From a virus (lineage: Duplodnaviria > Caudoviricetes), in IMG/VR virus record IMGVR_UViG_3300011113_000415: a stretch of 64,000 nucleotides of DNA; one strand, 5' to 3'. How positions within the stretch are numbered: the stretch's first letter is position 1; each line of letters begins with the position of its first letter. The translations under genes were made by a program, and so were the position numbers. Below the pieces are notes generated by a model. It was not told the DNA's origin and did no database searches. It was given only the letters and a program-made list of their open reading frames with translations. This document shows positions 7,491-14,755 of the stretch, in pieces.

Positions 7491-7582
7491 GGAAGATGAT
7501 GCAGGTGGGATGGTCCGCCGACGAGCCTTGAAAACTCGGTTCCGAGAAATCGGATGGGGTTCGACTCCTCCGTCTTCCGCCA
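7491..7582 (+). tRNA. tRNA-Ser(TGA)
   Basis: cloverleaf, long variable arm, G73, CCA. Confidence 0.92.
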
Positions 7583-7587
7583 ATTGT

Positions 7588-7664
7588 TGGGGATTCGCCA
7601 AGTTGGTTAAGGCATCGGATTTTGATTCCGACATGCATAGGTTCGAATCCTATATCCCCTACCA
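7588..7664 (+). tRNA. tRNA-Gln(TTG)
   Basis: TCGGA-TTTTGAT-TCCGA anticodon arm; U1:U72 mismatch; CCA. Confidence 0.9.
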
Positions 7665-7669
7665 AATTT

Positions 7670-8860
7670 TCAAACGTAAGGTTTGATCAATTCGTAAAAC
7701 TCAGGAAACGTAGATTCAAAAGACTGGTCGCGCATGCGATCTAAATCTTTTGTCATGTGCCAAAACCATTCCCAAGCATTTACATCATAGGATATGTATT
7801 CAGGTATACTTTGCATCATGAAATTAACTGTGGCAGTATCTTGAAGTATTTTTTCAGCGACTATTTTTTTCAATGACATTGGCATGTGTCGTATATCATA
7901 CTCAGGTGGACTGTAGACAAAATTACAGCCTACTATTATTCCAAATTTTGCTAAATTTTTTTTGATTTCATCAATATAAAATACATTTAGTGGTGTGACT
8001 GTGACACAGATGTTAATTTCTGTGTTGGGATGATTTGCGGTCCAGTCTTTGTAGCGTTGCAGATTTTCAAATACCACGTTAGCGTCAACTGGATATCTAA
8101 TATATTCAAGATGTTTGTGGACATGACTGTCTATGCTAATTCCAATTTTTACATATTTGTATTTGACCAGTGTGTCTAGATATGCTGGGTTCCATATTGT
8201 AGCATTGGTATGAAGTCTTAAACTAACTTTGGAACTCTTGCCAGCATCGGCCACTGTTTTTAATACACGAAACAACCCAGGTGTTAGGAATGGCTCACCA
8301 CCGTATATATCAAAAAACTCCAAGTTTGGTAACCATTGCTCCGTAGTCTCCCATATGGGATTATCTCTATCAAATGCAGATCTTATGCTTTCAAATCGTT
8401 TGGTATACTCTTGTTGTGTGCCTTTAAATCCATCGTGTTCTATCGCAAATTGATAGGCATTGTTATACCAACCTGTACTAGTGGCCGGATTGCACATTCT
8501 ACAGGCAAGATTACAAACGTTGCCAGGTTTCATAATCAGCACACGAGGCTGATCAGGCAATGACTCAAGATGACCAAACATGTGGTTGAATCGCTGTCTA
8601 CTACTGATTTTTCCACTGGCTTCTAGGTCCTGGCAAGGTCTGCAACTTTCAATGGTTTTTCCGTGGTCTAATCCAGCAGCCAACATTTTTCTAGTGGGAC
8701 TAGACCAGGCTTCAGCCAAGGTATTTTTGTCAGCAAACAGCACCTGTTGTTGACGATTGGTAAAACTCCAATTGTTTATGTTGCAGGCACAGAAGTCACC
8801 ATCGTTTTGAATGGCCAGGCCCATATGTGGCATCACACAAAAAGTGTCAGATTTAAGCAT
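7670..8860 (-). CDS. radical SAM protein with N-terminal twitch/SPASM-like domain
   Basis: CNLACRMC, GGEPF, N-terminal FCVMPH..CAC..CRPC; antisense within the tRNA array. Confidence 0.9.
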   Translation of the reverse strand: MLKSDTFCVMPHMGLAIQNDGDFCACNINNWSFTNRQQQVLFADKNTLAEAWSSPTRKMLAAGLDHGKTIESCRPCQDLEASGKISSRQRFNHMFGHLESLPDQPRVLIMKPGNVCNLACRMCNPATSTGWYNNAYQFAIEHDGFKGTQQEYTKRFESIRSAFDRDNPIWETTEQWLPNLEFFDIYGGEPFLTPGLFRVLKTVADAGKSSKVSLRLHTNATIWNPAYLDTLVKYKYVKIGISIDSHVHKHLEYIRYPVDANVVFENLQRYKDWTANHPNTEINICVTVTPLNVFYIDEIKKNLAKFGIIVGCNFVYSPPEYDIRHMPMSLKKIVAEKILQDTATVNFMMQSIPEYISYDVNAWEWFWHMTKDLDRMRDQSFESTFPEFYELIKPYV

Positions 8861-8909
8861 CCTTTATTTAACTGCTAGATATTGTGTTGTAAAAATACAA
8901 CAATCAGCA

Positions 8910-8938
8910 TTGACCAATAATTGGTAAACTGCTACAAT
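8910..8938 (+). promoter_or_regulatory. sigma70 promoter
   Basis: TTGACC-N17-TACAAT; upstream inverted repeat TGTTGTA-AAAA-TACAACA. Confidence 0.75.
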
Positions 8939-8944
8939 AGAACT

Positions 8945-9180
8945 TAACAAAGCAACAAAGTCGATCGAGACTGGTTGCACTAGATCTTTAAAATACTCAA
9001 AGAGGTTACCAGACCCGTTAGAGGCATTGGTAGAAGTGAACAAGGCATCGGCGGGTGCCCACTTGCTATCAGTCATGAAATAGGCTCTCACTCCCCCTCG
9101 GGAGGTGATCCGGTAGAAGCGGCGGACCGTCTGGCAGTAATGACCGTGGTGACTTGGCCTCGCAAGCCAAGCAGAATAAG
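8945..9180 (+). ncRNA. multi-stem structured RNA of unknown class
   Basis: own promoter; helices 9009-14/9129-34, 9026-33/9066-73, 9044-49/9054-59, 9088-95/9100-08, 9153-58/9166-71. Confidence 0.6.
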
Positions 9181-9212
9181 ATCCACAATGGTTCCTCAAT
9201 GTACAAAAACAT

Positions 9213-9288
9213 GCTCCGTTCGTCTATCGGTTAGGACACCGGCCTTTCACGTCGGTAAGGAGGGGTTCGATTCCCCCACGGAGTACCA
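9213..9288 (+). tRNA. tRNA-Glu(TTC)
   Basis: cloverleaf, CCA. Confidence 0.93.
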
Positions 9289-9291
9289 TTG

Positions 9292-9445
9292 TTTTTATAG
9301 TCAAGCATCGATAAGGTACCGTGTTGGGACGCCAACACTATTCGGGTCAAAGCGGCCGGCGACTGATCCTGACATAACTGCCTCGGCTTTGGAACTGTTA
9401 GCGCAGGACTCCTAAATTGGCATTCTCGGTGCTTGACTATAAAAA
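9292..9445 (+). ncRNA. structured RNA closed by a 20-bp terminal helix
   Basis: 9292-9311 pairs with 9426-9445 (one G-U); internal hairpin GTGTTGG-gacg-CCAACAC. Confidence 0.55.
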
Positions 9446-9448
9446 TTT

Positions 9449-9526
9449 GGTCTGTTAGTATAGTTGGCCTAATACGCCTGCCTGTCACGCAGGAGATCAG
9501 GGATTCGAATTCCCTACAGACCGCCA
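9449..9526 (+). tRNA. tRNA-Asp(GTC)
   Basis: cloverleaf, G73, CCA. Confidence 0.93.
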
Positions 9527-9532
9527 AGTTTT

Positions 9533-9595
9533 GAAGCCACATCGCCTGGGCACTTCTCTCAGCAATGAGACACTAGGTCCTGCAACCGTGGCTTC
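9533..9595 (+). promoter_or_regulatory. structured 5' element upstream of feoA
   Basis: nested helices GAAGCCAC/GTGGCTTC, CCTGG/CTAGG, TCTCA-GCAA-TGAGA. Confidence 0.4.
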
Positions 9596-9614
9596 TCCCT
9601 TTATGGAGTTGACT

Positions 9615-9857
9615 ATGACACTACACAATTTGACAGCCGGTGGTGTTGCTATCATTGAAACTGTCGACGGCAACTACAGTGCAAGGTTGAAATCAATGGG
9701 ATTTCGATCAGGACAAATGGTTCAAGTTCTTAGAAGAACCGCTCATGTCATGCATGTTCGTGTTGGTAGCACCGAGTGGGCCATACGTGATCGCGATGCT
9801 GAGTCAGTAAAAATTATTCCGGAAAACCCGAGCAAGGTGCATGGGCGTGACTGTTAA
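9615..9857 (+). CDS. feoA: FeoA (SH3-like ferrous iron transport A) domain protein
   Basis: RLKSMGFRSGQMVQVLRR..MHVRVGSTEWAIR matches the FeoA pattern; GGAG RBS; stop lies inside tRNA-Asn. Confidence 0.8.
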   Translation: MTLHNLTAGGVAIIETVDGNYSARLKSMGFRSGQMVQVLRRTAHVMHVRVGSTEWAIRDRDAESVKIIPENPSKVHGRDC

Positions 9858-9896
9858 TCACTGGTTAGAAGGGTTCGATTCCCTTATCCGGAGCCA
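9818..9896 (+). tRNA. tRNA-Asn(GTT)
   Basis: TCCGGA/TCCGGA acceptor, loop CTGTTAA, G73, CCA. Confidence 0.88.
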
Positions 9897-9900
9897 AATT

Positions 9901-9975
9901 GCCTCTGTAGTATAATGGATAATACACTGGCCTACGAAGCCGGCGATTGTGGTTCAATTCCCCACAGAGGCTCCA
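9901..9975 (+). tRNA. tRNA-Arg(ACG)
   Basis: cloverleaf, CCA. Confidence 0.9.
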
Positions 9976-9976
9976 T

Positions 9977-10050
9977 GCCCCTTTAGTTTAAAAGTAAAAC
10001 AGACGCTTGATAAGCGTCAGTCGGAGGAGCGTTACCTCCCGGGGGTACCA
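9977..10050 (+). tRNA. tRNA-Ile(GAT), non-canonical D and T loops
   Basis: GACGC-TTGATAA-GCGTC; T loop AGCGTTA; CCA. Confidence 0.85.
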
Positions 10051-10071
10051 TGTTTTTAAAAGGAGAATGCG

Positions 10072-10212
10072 ATGAAACGCAAGATAACCGTCCGGCAACG
10101 TAACCCCTTCGTTGCATTGGCCATGAAACGTAAAGCGGGTAGCCATCGAAAGACTAACAAAGCAGTTCGTCGATGGGACAAAGTAAGGGATCGTAATTCA
10201 AAGGTAGAATAG
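10072..10212 (+). CDS. small very basic protein (46 aa; RNPFVALAMKRKAGSHRKTNKAVRR)
   Basis: AAGGAG RBS; stop codon inside tRNA-Lys. Confidence 0.65.
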   Translation: MKRKITVRQRNPFVALAMKRKAGSHRKTNKAVRRWDKVRDRNSKVE

Positions 10213-10260
10213 TGGGCTTTTAACTCATCTATCCCAGTTCGAGTCTGGGCGGTCCTACCA
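10187..10260 (+). tRNA. tRNA-Lys(TTT)
   Basis: cloverleaf, loop CTTTTAA, CCA. Confidence 0.9.
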
Positions 10261-10289
10261 TATAAAAATATATTGTTTCAGTGTATTTC

Positions 10290-10333
10290 TATATGGTGTC
10301 AATAGTCTAGTGGCAAAACCGCGGGTTGTGATT
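10290..10333 (+). repeat. duplicated 5' half of tRNA-His (direct repeat with 12257-12300)
   Basis: 44-nt repeat with 2 mismatches, ending in the anticodon loop. Confidence 0.9.
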
Positions 10334-10348
10334 TAGATATGCTCGAAA

Positions 10349-10918
10349 CTATGCGATTATTTGTTGACTTAGTTCTTTTAATTTAGCCACTGTAGGAGCA
10401 TCATCTTTGAAACCGATTTGTAAGGCAGTTCTTGATCCGTCAACCATGTTTTCAACACTGTGCAAACATTGTGTGCTGAAAAATACCCACTGCCCAACTT
10501 GAAAGCGATGACGACATATTTCAATTAAATTACTGTAGTCTGTGCCAAAGGTAAAAGGTACCCTAATGTAAGGTTGGTTTTTTTCACGCCAGTGTACAGT
10601 ATCAACTTCGGAACCGCCGGTTTCGAATAACCACATTAACGCCCAATAACGCGACTGATCGGTATGCGGAGGTGATATTCCTTTGCCCATAACACTGATG
10701 CCAATATCTTGATTATGATCACTGCCTACATTTTCATCTACCCAGTCTTGGATTCTTTTACTAACTTTATATTTTGTATAATCCATTGGTAAAATTTCTT
10801 TACCATCTCTTATGGTTATCCTAGGTGTACACTTTATGTCATAAGTGTCATTTCCTAAAAAAAGTTGTTCAGGAAATGGGGGCAAGTCAGGGAAAAAAAC
10901 TAATTCATCTTTGGTCAT
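10349..10918 (-). CDS. 2OG-Fe(II) oxygenase/cupin-like protein
   Basis: PHTD...HSV...RTALQ (HxD..H..R) pattern; GAGG RBS. Confidence 0.6.
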   Translation of the reverse strand: MTKDELVFFPDLPPFPEQLFLGNDTYDIKCTPRITIRDGKEILPMDYTKYKVSKRIQDWVDENVGSDHNQDIGISVMGKGISPPHTDQSRYWALMWLFETGGSEVDTVHWREKNQPYIRVPFTFGTDYSNLIEICRHRFQVGQWVFFSTQCLHSVENMVDGSRTALQIGFKDDAPTVAKLKELSQQIIA

Positions 10919-10987
10919 AAAAGCCTCTCTCAACTATTTATCCTGCAAAATCTGCATCTTCAAAATCGCGTATATTAAATATAAATT

Positions 10988-12223
10988 ATGCTTACAAAAA
11001 ACATCTATTTACTGTATCCAGCAGGTTATTCAGGCAACTTCATCAAATGGGCCATTAGTGCCAGTGACATAGATTTGCAAAAAATCACAGTCAATGACCC
11101 TATAAACAAAACGTTTAGTCACAAATACGGTGGGCCCGGGACAACACATTTAGAGGACAGAGTACCCACACATCAAGACATTTATAGGCATCTTATTTGG
11201 ATGGCATACAATCGTCCGGTAGCCAATCAAATCTATATACTTTTTACAACTTCACAATCAATGAGTCAAACCTTAGACGGAATTTTGAGCACAGATCCTG
11301 ATCCATTGATTATTATCATACATGACAACAGAGATAGAGACACAAGAACCTACGGAAATTTAAATGCTATAACCAAATGGCCTACCTACATGCACACTAG
11401 ACAAACTCTTTGGAACTTTGAAAAACAATCAAGATTAGAATACAGTTTGATGACAAATCATGACTTTTTCAATTGTGAAAATGATATGAATTTGAGAAAT
11501 ATGATTGCTCTGAAGAGTTTTGCATGGCTAGTAGAACTTGATCCGTTTGACGATCAGTCAAAAAATCAATACCTTGAGGATTTGTTAAAAAATAAACTTT
11601 GGTTTGATACGAGACAGCAATATCAACCACATGAATTGCTGCCGCACATGTATGCGGTACATGAAGCACTGCCAAATAATGCAGTTCATCAACTGAGTTG
11701 TAAAGATGTGGTCAGTGAAAATTTTCCAAATATTTTATATGATATTTTAAAGACCAGTGGTTGTTGTAGTGAATTTGATATATCACCAGTCAAACAGATA
11801 CATGAAAAGTATATCTCTGCTCAGAAAAATTTAGATTGGTTCTCTTCAATTGCGCATTGGAGAAAAACTGGTTATCTTGATCAATACCTAGTAAGTCATG
11901 CAGTCATTCAAGGCTTTGTAATTCAAGAAATTTTAGAAAAGTTGAAATTCATTGATTACATCAAGTTTGATCCACATTACAAATGGTACGATTTTTATCA
12001 GGCTGTTCGTGACCAGGGTTGGCCGGATTGTGATCAAGAAAAAGATTTTTTGACATTGCCTTTACATATTAGAGAAGAATTAATTACAAAATTTAATTAC
12101 AAATTTGAACCTATACAGGTACAAAATAATCAAATTTTAAAAGCATTAGAAAATTGGGAATCAATGTCTATACAAGAAATCAATGATTTGTATCTACAAA
12201 GTGATGTTTGGTCTATTTATTAA
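10988..12223 (+). CDS. hypothetical protein, possible P-loop/sulfotransferase-like N-terminus, with C-terminal FY..RD..WPDC module
   Basis: long AT-rich ORF; YPAGYSGNF; WYDFYQAVRDQGWPDC. Confidence 0.75.
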   Translation: MLTKNIYLLYPAGYSGNFIKWAISASDIDLQKITVNDPINKTFSHKYGGPGTTHLEDRVPTHQDIYRHLIWMAYNRPVANQIYILFTTSQSMSQTLDGILSTDPDPLIIIIHDNRDRDTRTYGNLNAITKWPTYMHTRQTLWNFEKQSRLEYSLMTNHDFFNCENDMNLRNMIALKSFAWLVELDPFDDQSKNQYLEDLLKNKLWFDTRQQYQPHELLPHMYAVHEALPNNAVHQLSCKDVVSENFPNILYDILKTSGCCSEFDISPVKQIHEKYISAQKNLDWFSSIAHWRKTGYLDQYLVSHAVIQGFVIQEILEKLKFIDYIKFDPHYKWYDFYQAVRDQGWPDCDQEKDFLTLPLHIREELITKFNYKFEPIQVQNNQILKALENWESMSIQEINDLYLQSDVWSIY

Positions 12224-12261
12224 ACAAAAAACATCGTAATTCCTTAATTTATCAATTATAT

Positions 12262-12336
12262 GGTGTCCATAGTTTAGTGGCAAAACCGCGGGTTGTGATT
12301 CCGCTATCATGAGTTCGATTCTCATTGGATACCCCA
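12262..12336 (+). tRNA. tRNA-His(GTG)
   Basis: G-1:C73, loop TTGTGAT, CCA. Confidence 0.92.
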
Positions 12337-12337
12337 G

Positions 12338-12412
12338 GGATGAGTAGCATAATGGTAGTGCGCCTCCTTCATACGGAGTCAGGTGGTAGTTCGATTCTAC
12401 CTTCATCCACCA
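12338..12412 (+). tRNA. tRNA CAT (elongator Met or Ile2)
   Basis: cloverleaf, loop TTCATAC, paired 1:72, CCA. Confidence 0.88.
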
Positions 12413-12415
12413 TGA

Positions 12416-12613
12416 TTATTCGCCGGAGCGGTTGGCCACTTCTTGTGCGTCACCCATGACTTCAGGCGGGGCACCTGGCACATTGTTTGTGGTTGGGTCC
12501 AGCAACATTTCATTTGCCGCAAGTGCCGCAATTAGGTAATGTACTTTTTTCTCAAGATCCCGAAGTGCGCTGTTGGGATCAATACGTGTGTCTCTAGCAA
12601 AAAAATTGTCCAT
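12416..12613 (-). CDS. hypothetical protein
   Basis: AAGGA RBS; antisense insert in the tRNA array. Confidence 0.65.
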   Translation of the reverse strand: MDNFFARDTRIDPNSALRDLEKKVHYLIAALAANEMLLDPTTNNVPGAPPEVMGDAQEVANRSGE

Positions 12614-12646
12614 AATAGTTTCCTTTGTAGAGTATTCAACACGTTT

Positions 12647-12730
12647 GCCCCGGTGGTGTAATGGCAGCCACGATGGTCTTAGAAACCATTGCTTAACAGC
12701 GTGTCGGTTCGAGTCCGACCTGGGGCACCA
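12647..12730 (+). tRNA. tRNA-Leu(TAG)
   Basis: cloverleaf, long variable arm, A73, CCA. Confidence 0.93.
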
Positions 12731-12736
12731 TGATAT

Positions 12737-12810
12737 GGCTCGTTAGTATAGTGGCAGTGCGGAAGTCTCCAAAACTTCTAGCGGTGGTTCGATTCCATCA
12801 CGAGTCGCCA
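12737..12810 (+). tRNA. tRNA-Trp(CCA)
   Basis: GAAGT-CTCCAAA-ACTTC, G73, CCA. Confidence 0.92.
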
Positions 12811-12817
12811 AAAATTT

Positions 12818-12892
12818 GGGCTGTTGGTATAGTTGGGAACACAGTGGCTTTGCAAGCCTCAGTCCCCGGTTCGAACCCGGGACGGTCCACCA
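12818..12892 (+). tRNA. tRNA-Ala(TGC)
   Basis: G3:U70 pair, A73, CCA. Confidence 0.92.
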
Positions 12893-12900
12893 TAAAATTC

Positions 12901-12988
12901 GGAGGTATCGCATAGCGGTCGATTGCACGGGACTGTAAATCCTGCGCCCTTAGGGGCCTCGGTGGTTCAAATCCATCTACCTCCACCA
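12901..12988 (+). tRNA. tRNA-Tyr(GTA)
   Basis: cloverleaf with long variable arm, CCA. Confidence 0.93.
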
Positions 12989-12991
12989 CTT

Positions 12992-13065
12992 GCCTCGTTA
13001 GTTTAATGGTAGAACTCCGTCTTTACACGGCGGTTACGGCAGTTCGATTCTGTCACGAGGTACCA
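12992..13065 (+). tRNA. tRNA-Val(TAC)
   Basis: cloverleaf, CCA. Confidence 0.93.
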
Positions 13066-13094
13066 TTGACACATAATTAAATATTGTATATAAT
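13066..13094 (+). promoter_or_regulatory. internal consensus sigma70 promoter
   Basis: TTGACA-N17-TATAAT. Confidence 0.85.
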
Positions 13095-13109
13095 ACAACA
13101 AGAAACAAT

Positions 13110-13187
13110 GCAACGGTGGCAGAGTGGTCCAATGCATGGGATTGCAAATCCCAAAAACCGCTGGTTCAAATCCAGCCCGTTGCTCCA
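13110..13187 (+). tRNA. tRNA-Cys(GCA)
   Basis: cloverleaf, U73, CCA. Confidence 0.93.
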
Positions 13188-13189
13188 TA

Positions 13190-13432
13190 CGTTCCAGCGT
13201 CACTGGATAGTCCGACCCAGACGATGAGAAGTGCAATGACATGCACGGGTGGTTCTGAAGAGGCGAATCTTCACAGTAGAGATACTGCGGTCCAACCAAA
13301 CCGGCGTTAGCAACACGAGAGCGGTCCCTGTCGGGAAGCGGGTGGAGGGTGTAAGTGATGAATAGACTAGTTGGGGCAACTTGACGAAATTTCTGATACA
13401 CTATAATTACCGCCGGGGGACGTCAGAGCAAT
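13190..13432 (+). ncRNA. GC-rich, probably pseudoknotted RNA of unknown class
   Basis: long-range pairs 13252-58/13423-29, 13301-06/13411-16, 13324-28/13417-21 (crossing), plus several hairpins. Confidence 0.6.
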
Positions 13433-13439
13433 CAAATAC

Positions 13440-13514
13440 CGCGGGATGGAGAAGCGGTAACTCGTCAGGCTCATAACCTGAAGATCGGCGGTTCGATTCC
13501 GCCTCCCGCAACCA
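13440..13514 (+). tRNA. initiator tRNA-fMet(CAT)
   Basis: C1:A72 mismatch, loop CTCATAA, CCA. Confidence 0.9.
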
Positions 13515-13517
13515 ACT

Positions 13518-13591
13518 GCCCTTTTAGTTAAATGGTATAACAGTTGATTTGTAATCATCAATTGGCAGTTCGATTCTGTCAAGGGGCACCA
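13518..13591 (+). tRNA. tRNA-Thr(TGT)
   Basis: cloverleaf, CCA. Confidence 0.92.
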
Positions 13592-13596
13592 CAATT

Positions 13597-13845
13597 ATGC
13601 TAGATTATATCATTACTTTTGTTGCTGTGTTTGCTACTGATTTGATTTACATTCTTTTTGTAAAGTCAATTCAGGACAACCAGCCTTGGCGTGCCGCATG
13701 GTGGTCAATGGTTTGTACACTCACAGCCTCAGTGGCCGTGATCAACTACATTGAAAATCATTGGGCCTTGATTCCGGCCCTGGCAGGTGCATTCTTCGGT
13801 GCCTATGTAGGCATGAAGTACAAGAAAAAAATCATCTCCGATTAG
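13597..13845 (+). CDS. small multi-TM membrane protein
   Basis: three hydrophobic segments; stop codon inside tRNA-Pro. Confidence 0.75.
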   Translation: MLDYIITFVAVFATDLIYILFVKSIQDNQPWRAAWWSMVCTLTASVAVINYIENHWALIPALAGAFFGAYVGMKYKKKIISD

Positions 13846-13911
13846 TATAGCCTGGTAGTACCCGTGGTTTGGGACCATGAAGCGGGAGTTCAAATCTCTC
13901 ATCGGAGACCA
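13836..13911 (+). tRNA. tRNA-Pro(TGG)
   Basis: CGTGG-TTTGGGA-CCATG, CCA. Confidence 0.9.
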
Positions 13912-14081
13912 TAAGTGTGGTATCAGGCACAAACTCACGTGGAGGATTTATCAGCATGGGATCTGGCACAAAGTCTCTACGCACAGTAGAGTAACCATGC
14001 TCTTGATAAACAACTTCAGCGGCCACACAATACAAGGCTTCAATGCCCAATTCATTGTCATATTTCATAGCCCTATTTATT

Positions 14082-14157
14082 CTGGCGTTAGTATAATGGA
14101 TCAATACAGCGGGCTTCTACCCCGCGAATGTGGGTTCGATTCCTGCACGCCGGACCA
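14082..14157 (+). tRNA. tRNA-Arg(TCT)
   Basis: GCGGG-CTTCTAC-CCCGC, CCA. Confidence 0.92.
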
Positions 14158-14160
14158 CTC

Positions 14161-14168
14161 TATAAATA
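14161..14168 (+). promoter_or_regulatory. T4-like late promoter TATAAATA (representative copy)
   Basis: TATAAATA 14 nt before the ATG; TAAATA-like motifs sit just before many other starts (e.g. near 17345, 21146, 29937 and on the minus strand near 10940, 57147). Confidence 0.6.
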
Positions 14169-14181
14169 AAAGAAAGACCAT

Positions 14182-14649
14182 ATGAAAAAACTTGACCTAG
14201 ACCAAGTGAAAAATTATATACGGGCACAAACGCCCCAAACTGCTGTGTATCTTGGTTGCGACAGTGAACGTGTGAAAGTTCGCGGACGCTGGTATGCTGA
14301 CTATGCTTTGGCCATTGTGGTTCACATTGACAGTTGCCATGGTTGCAAAATCTTTGGCGAAGTTCAAAGAGAACTGGACTGGGATCAACGAAGTGATCGT
14401 CCCAGCATGAGACTCATGAACGAAGTATACAAAGTGGGTGACCTTTTTCAGAGTCTGGCAGATGTGTTGGAAGATAGATTGGTTGAAGTACACCTTGACA
14501 TCAATCCTGATCAAATGTACAAGTCAAGCATGGTGATCAATCAGGCCATTGGCTATATCAAAGGCACCTGCAATGTTACTCCCATGGTCAAGCCACTCTC
14601 TTTCGCGGCAAGTTACGCGGCGGACCGTTTACTTGTAGTTAACGGTTAG
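14182..14649 (+). CDS. ribonuclease H-like YkuK family protein
   Basis: VYLGCDS, RLMNEV, VHLDIN and AASYAAD motifs. Confidence 0.8.
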   Translation: MKKLDLDQVKNYIRAQTPQTAVYLGCDSERVKVRGRWYADYALAIVVHIDSCHGCKIFGEVQRELDWDQRSDRPSMRLMNEVYKVGDLFQSLADVLEDRLVEVHLDINPDQMYKSSMVINQAIGYIKGTCNVTPMVKPLSFAASYAADRLLVVNG

Positions 14650-14717
14650 AGACTGCTACCTATGCCGCAGATGATTAGATTTAATATAAAAGTTCAATTA
14701 AAAATTCCGCTCCAGAA

Positions 14718-14746
14718 TTGACAACACACACAGTTTGTTGTATAAT
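14718..14746 (+). promoter_or_regulatory. internal consensus sigma70 promoter
   Basis: TTGACA-N17-TATAAT. Confidence 0.85.
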
Positions 14747-14755
14747 TACATTGAA

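Noticed and set aside
7138-7665. 175-aa minus-strand ORF and similar ORFs at 2671, 9231, 12194, 12743-13594
   Set aside because: Antisense translations of tRNA genes (GFEP/GIEP motifs), not proteins.
9533-9595. NiCo/czcD or SRP RNA identity for the feoA leader
   Set aside because: Conserved core nucleotides of those families are not present.
13254-13280. Hammerhead or HDV-like core (CTGAAGA, GGCGAA)
   Set aside because: These bases form a simple hairpin; the required three-way junction or nested double pseudoknot could not be built.
13205-13310. RNase P RNA-like fragments GGATAGTCCG and ACCAAACCGGCGTTA
   Set aside because: Only about 95 nt apart, P4 pairing is imperfect and other conserved regions are not visible; kept as an unknown ncRNA.
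13381-13407. Promoter-like TTGACG...TATAAT inside the ncRNA
   Set aside because: 15-nt spacer, and the bases take part in predicted RNA helices.
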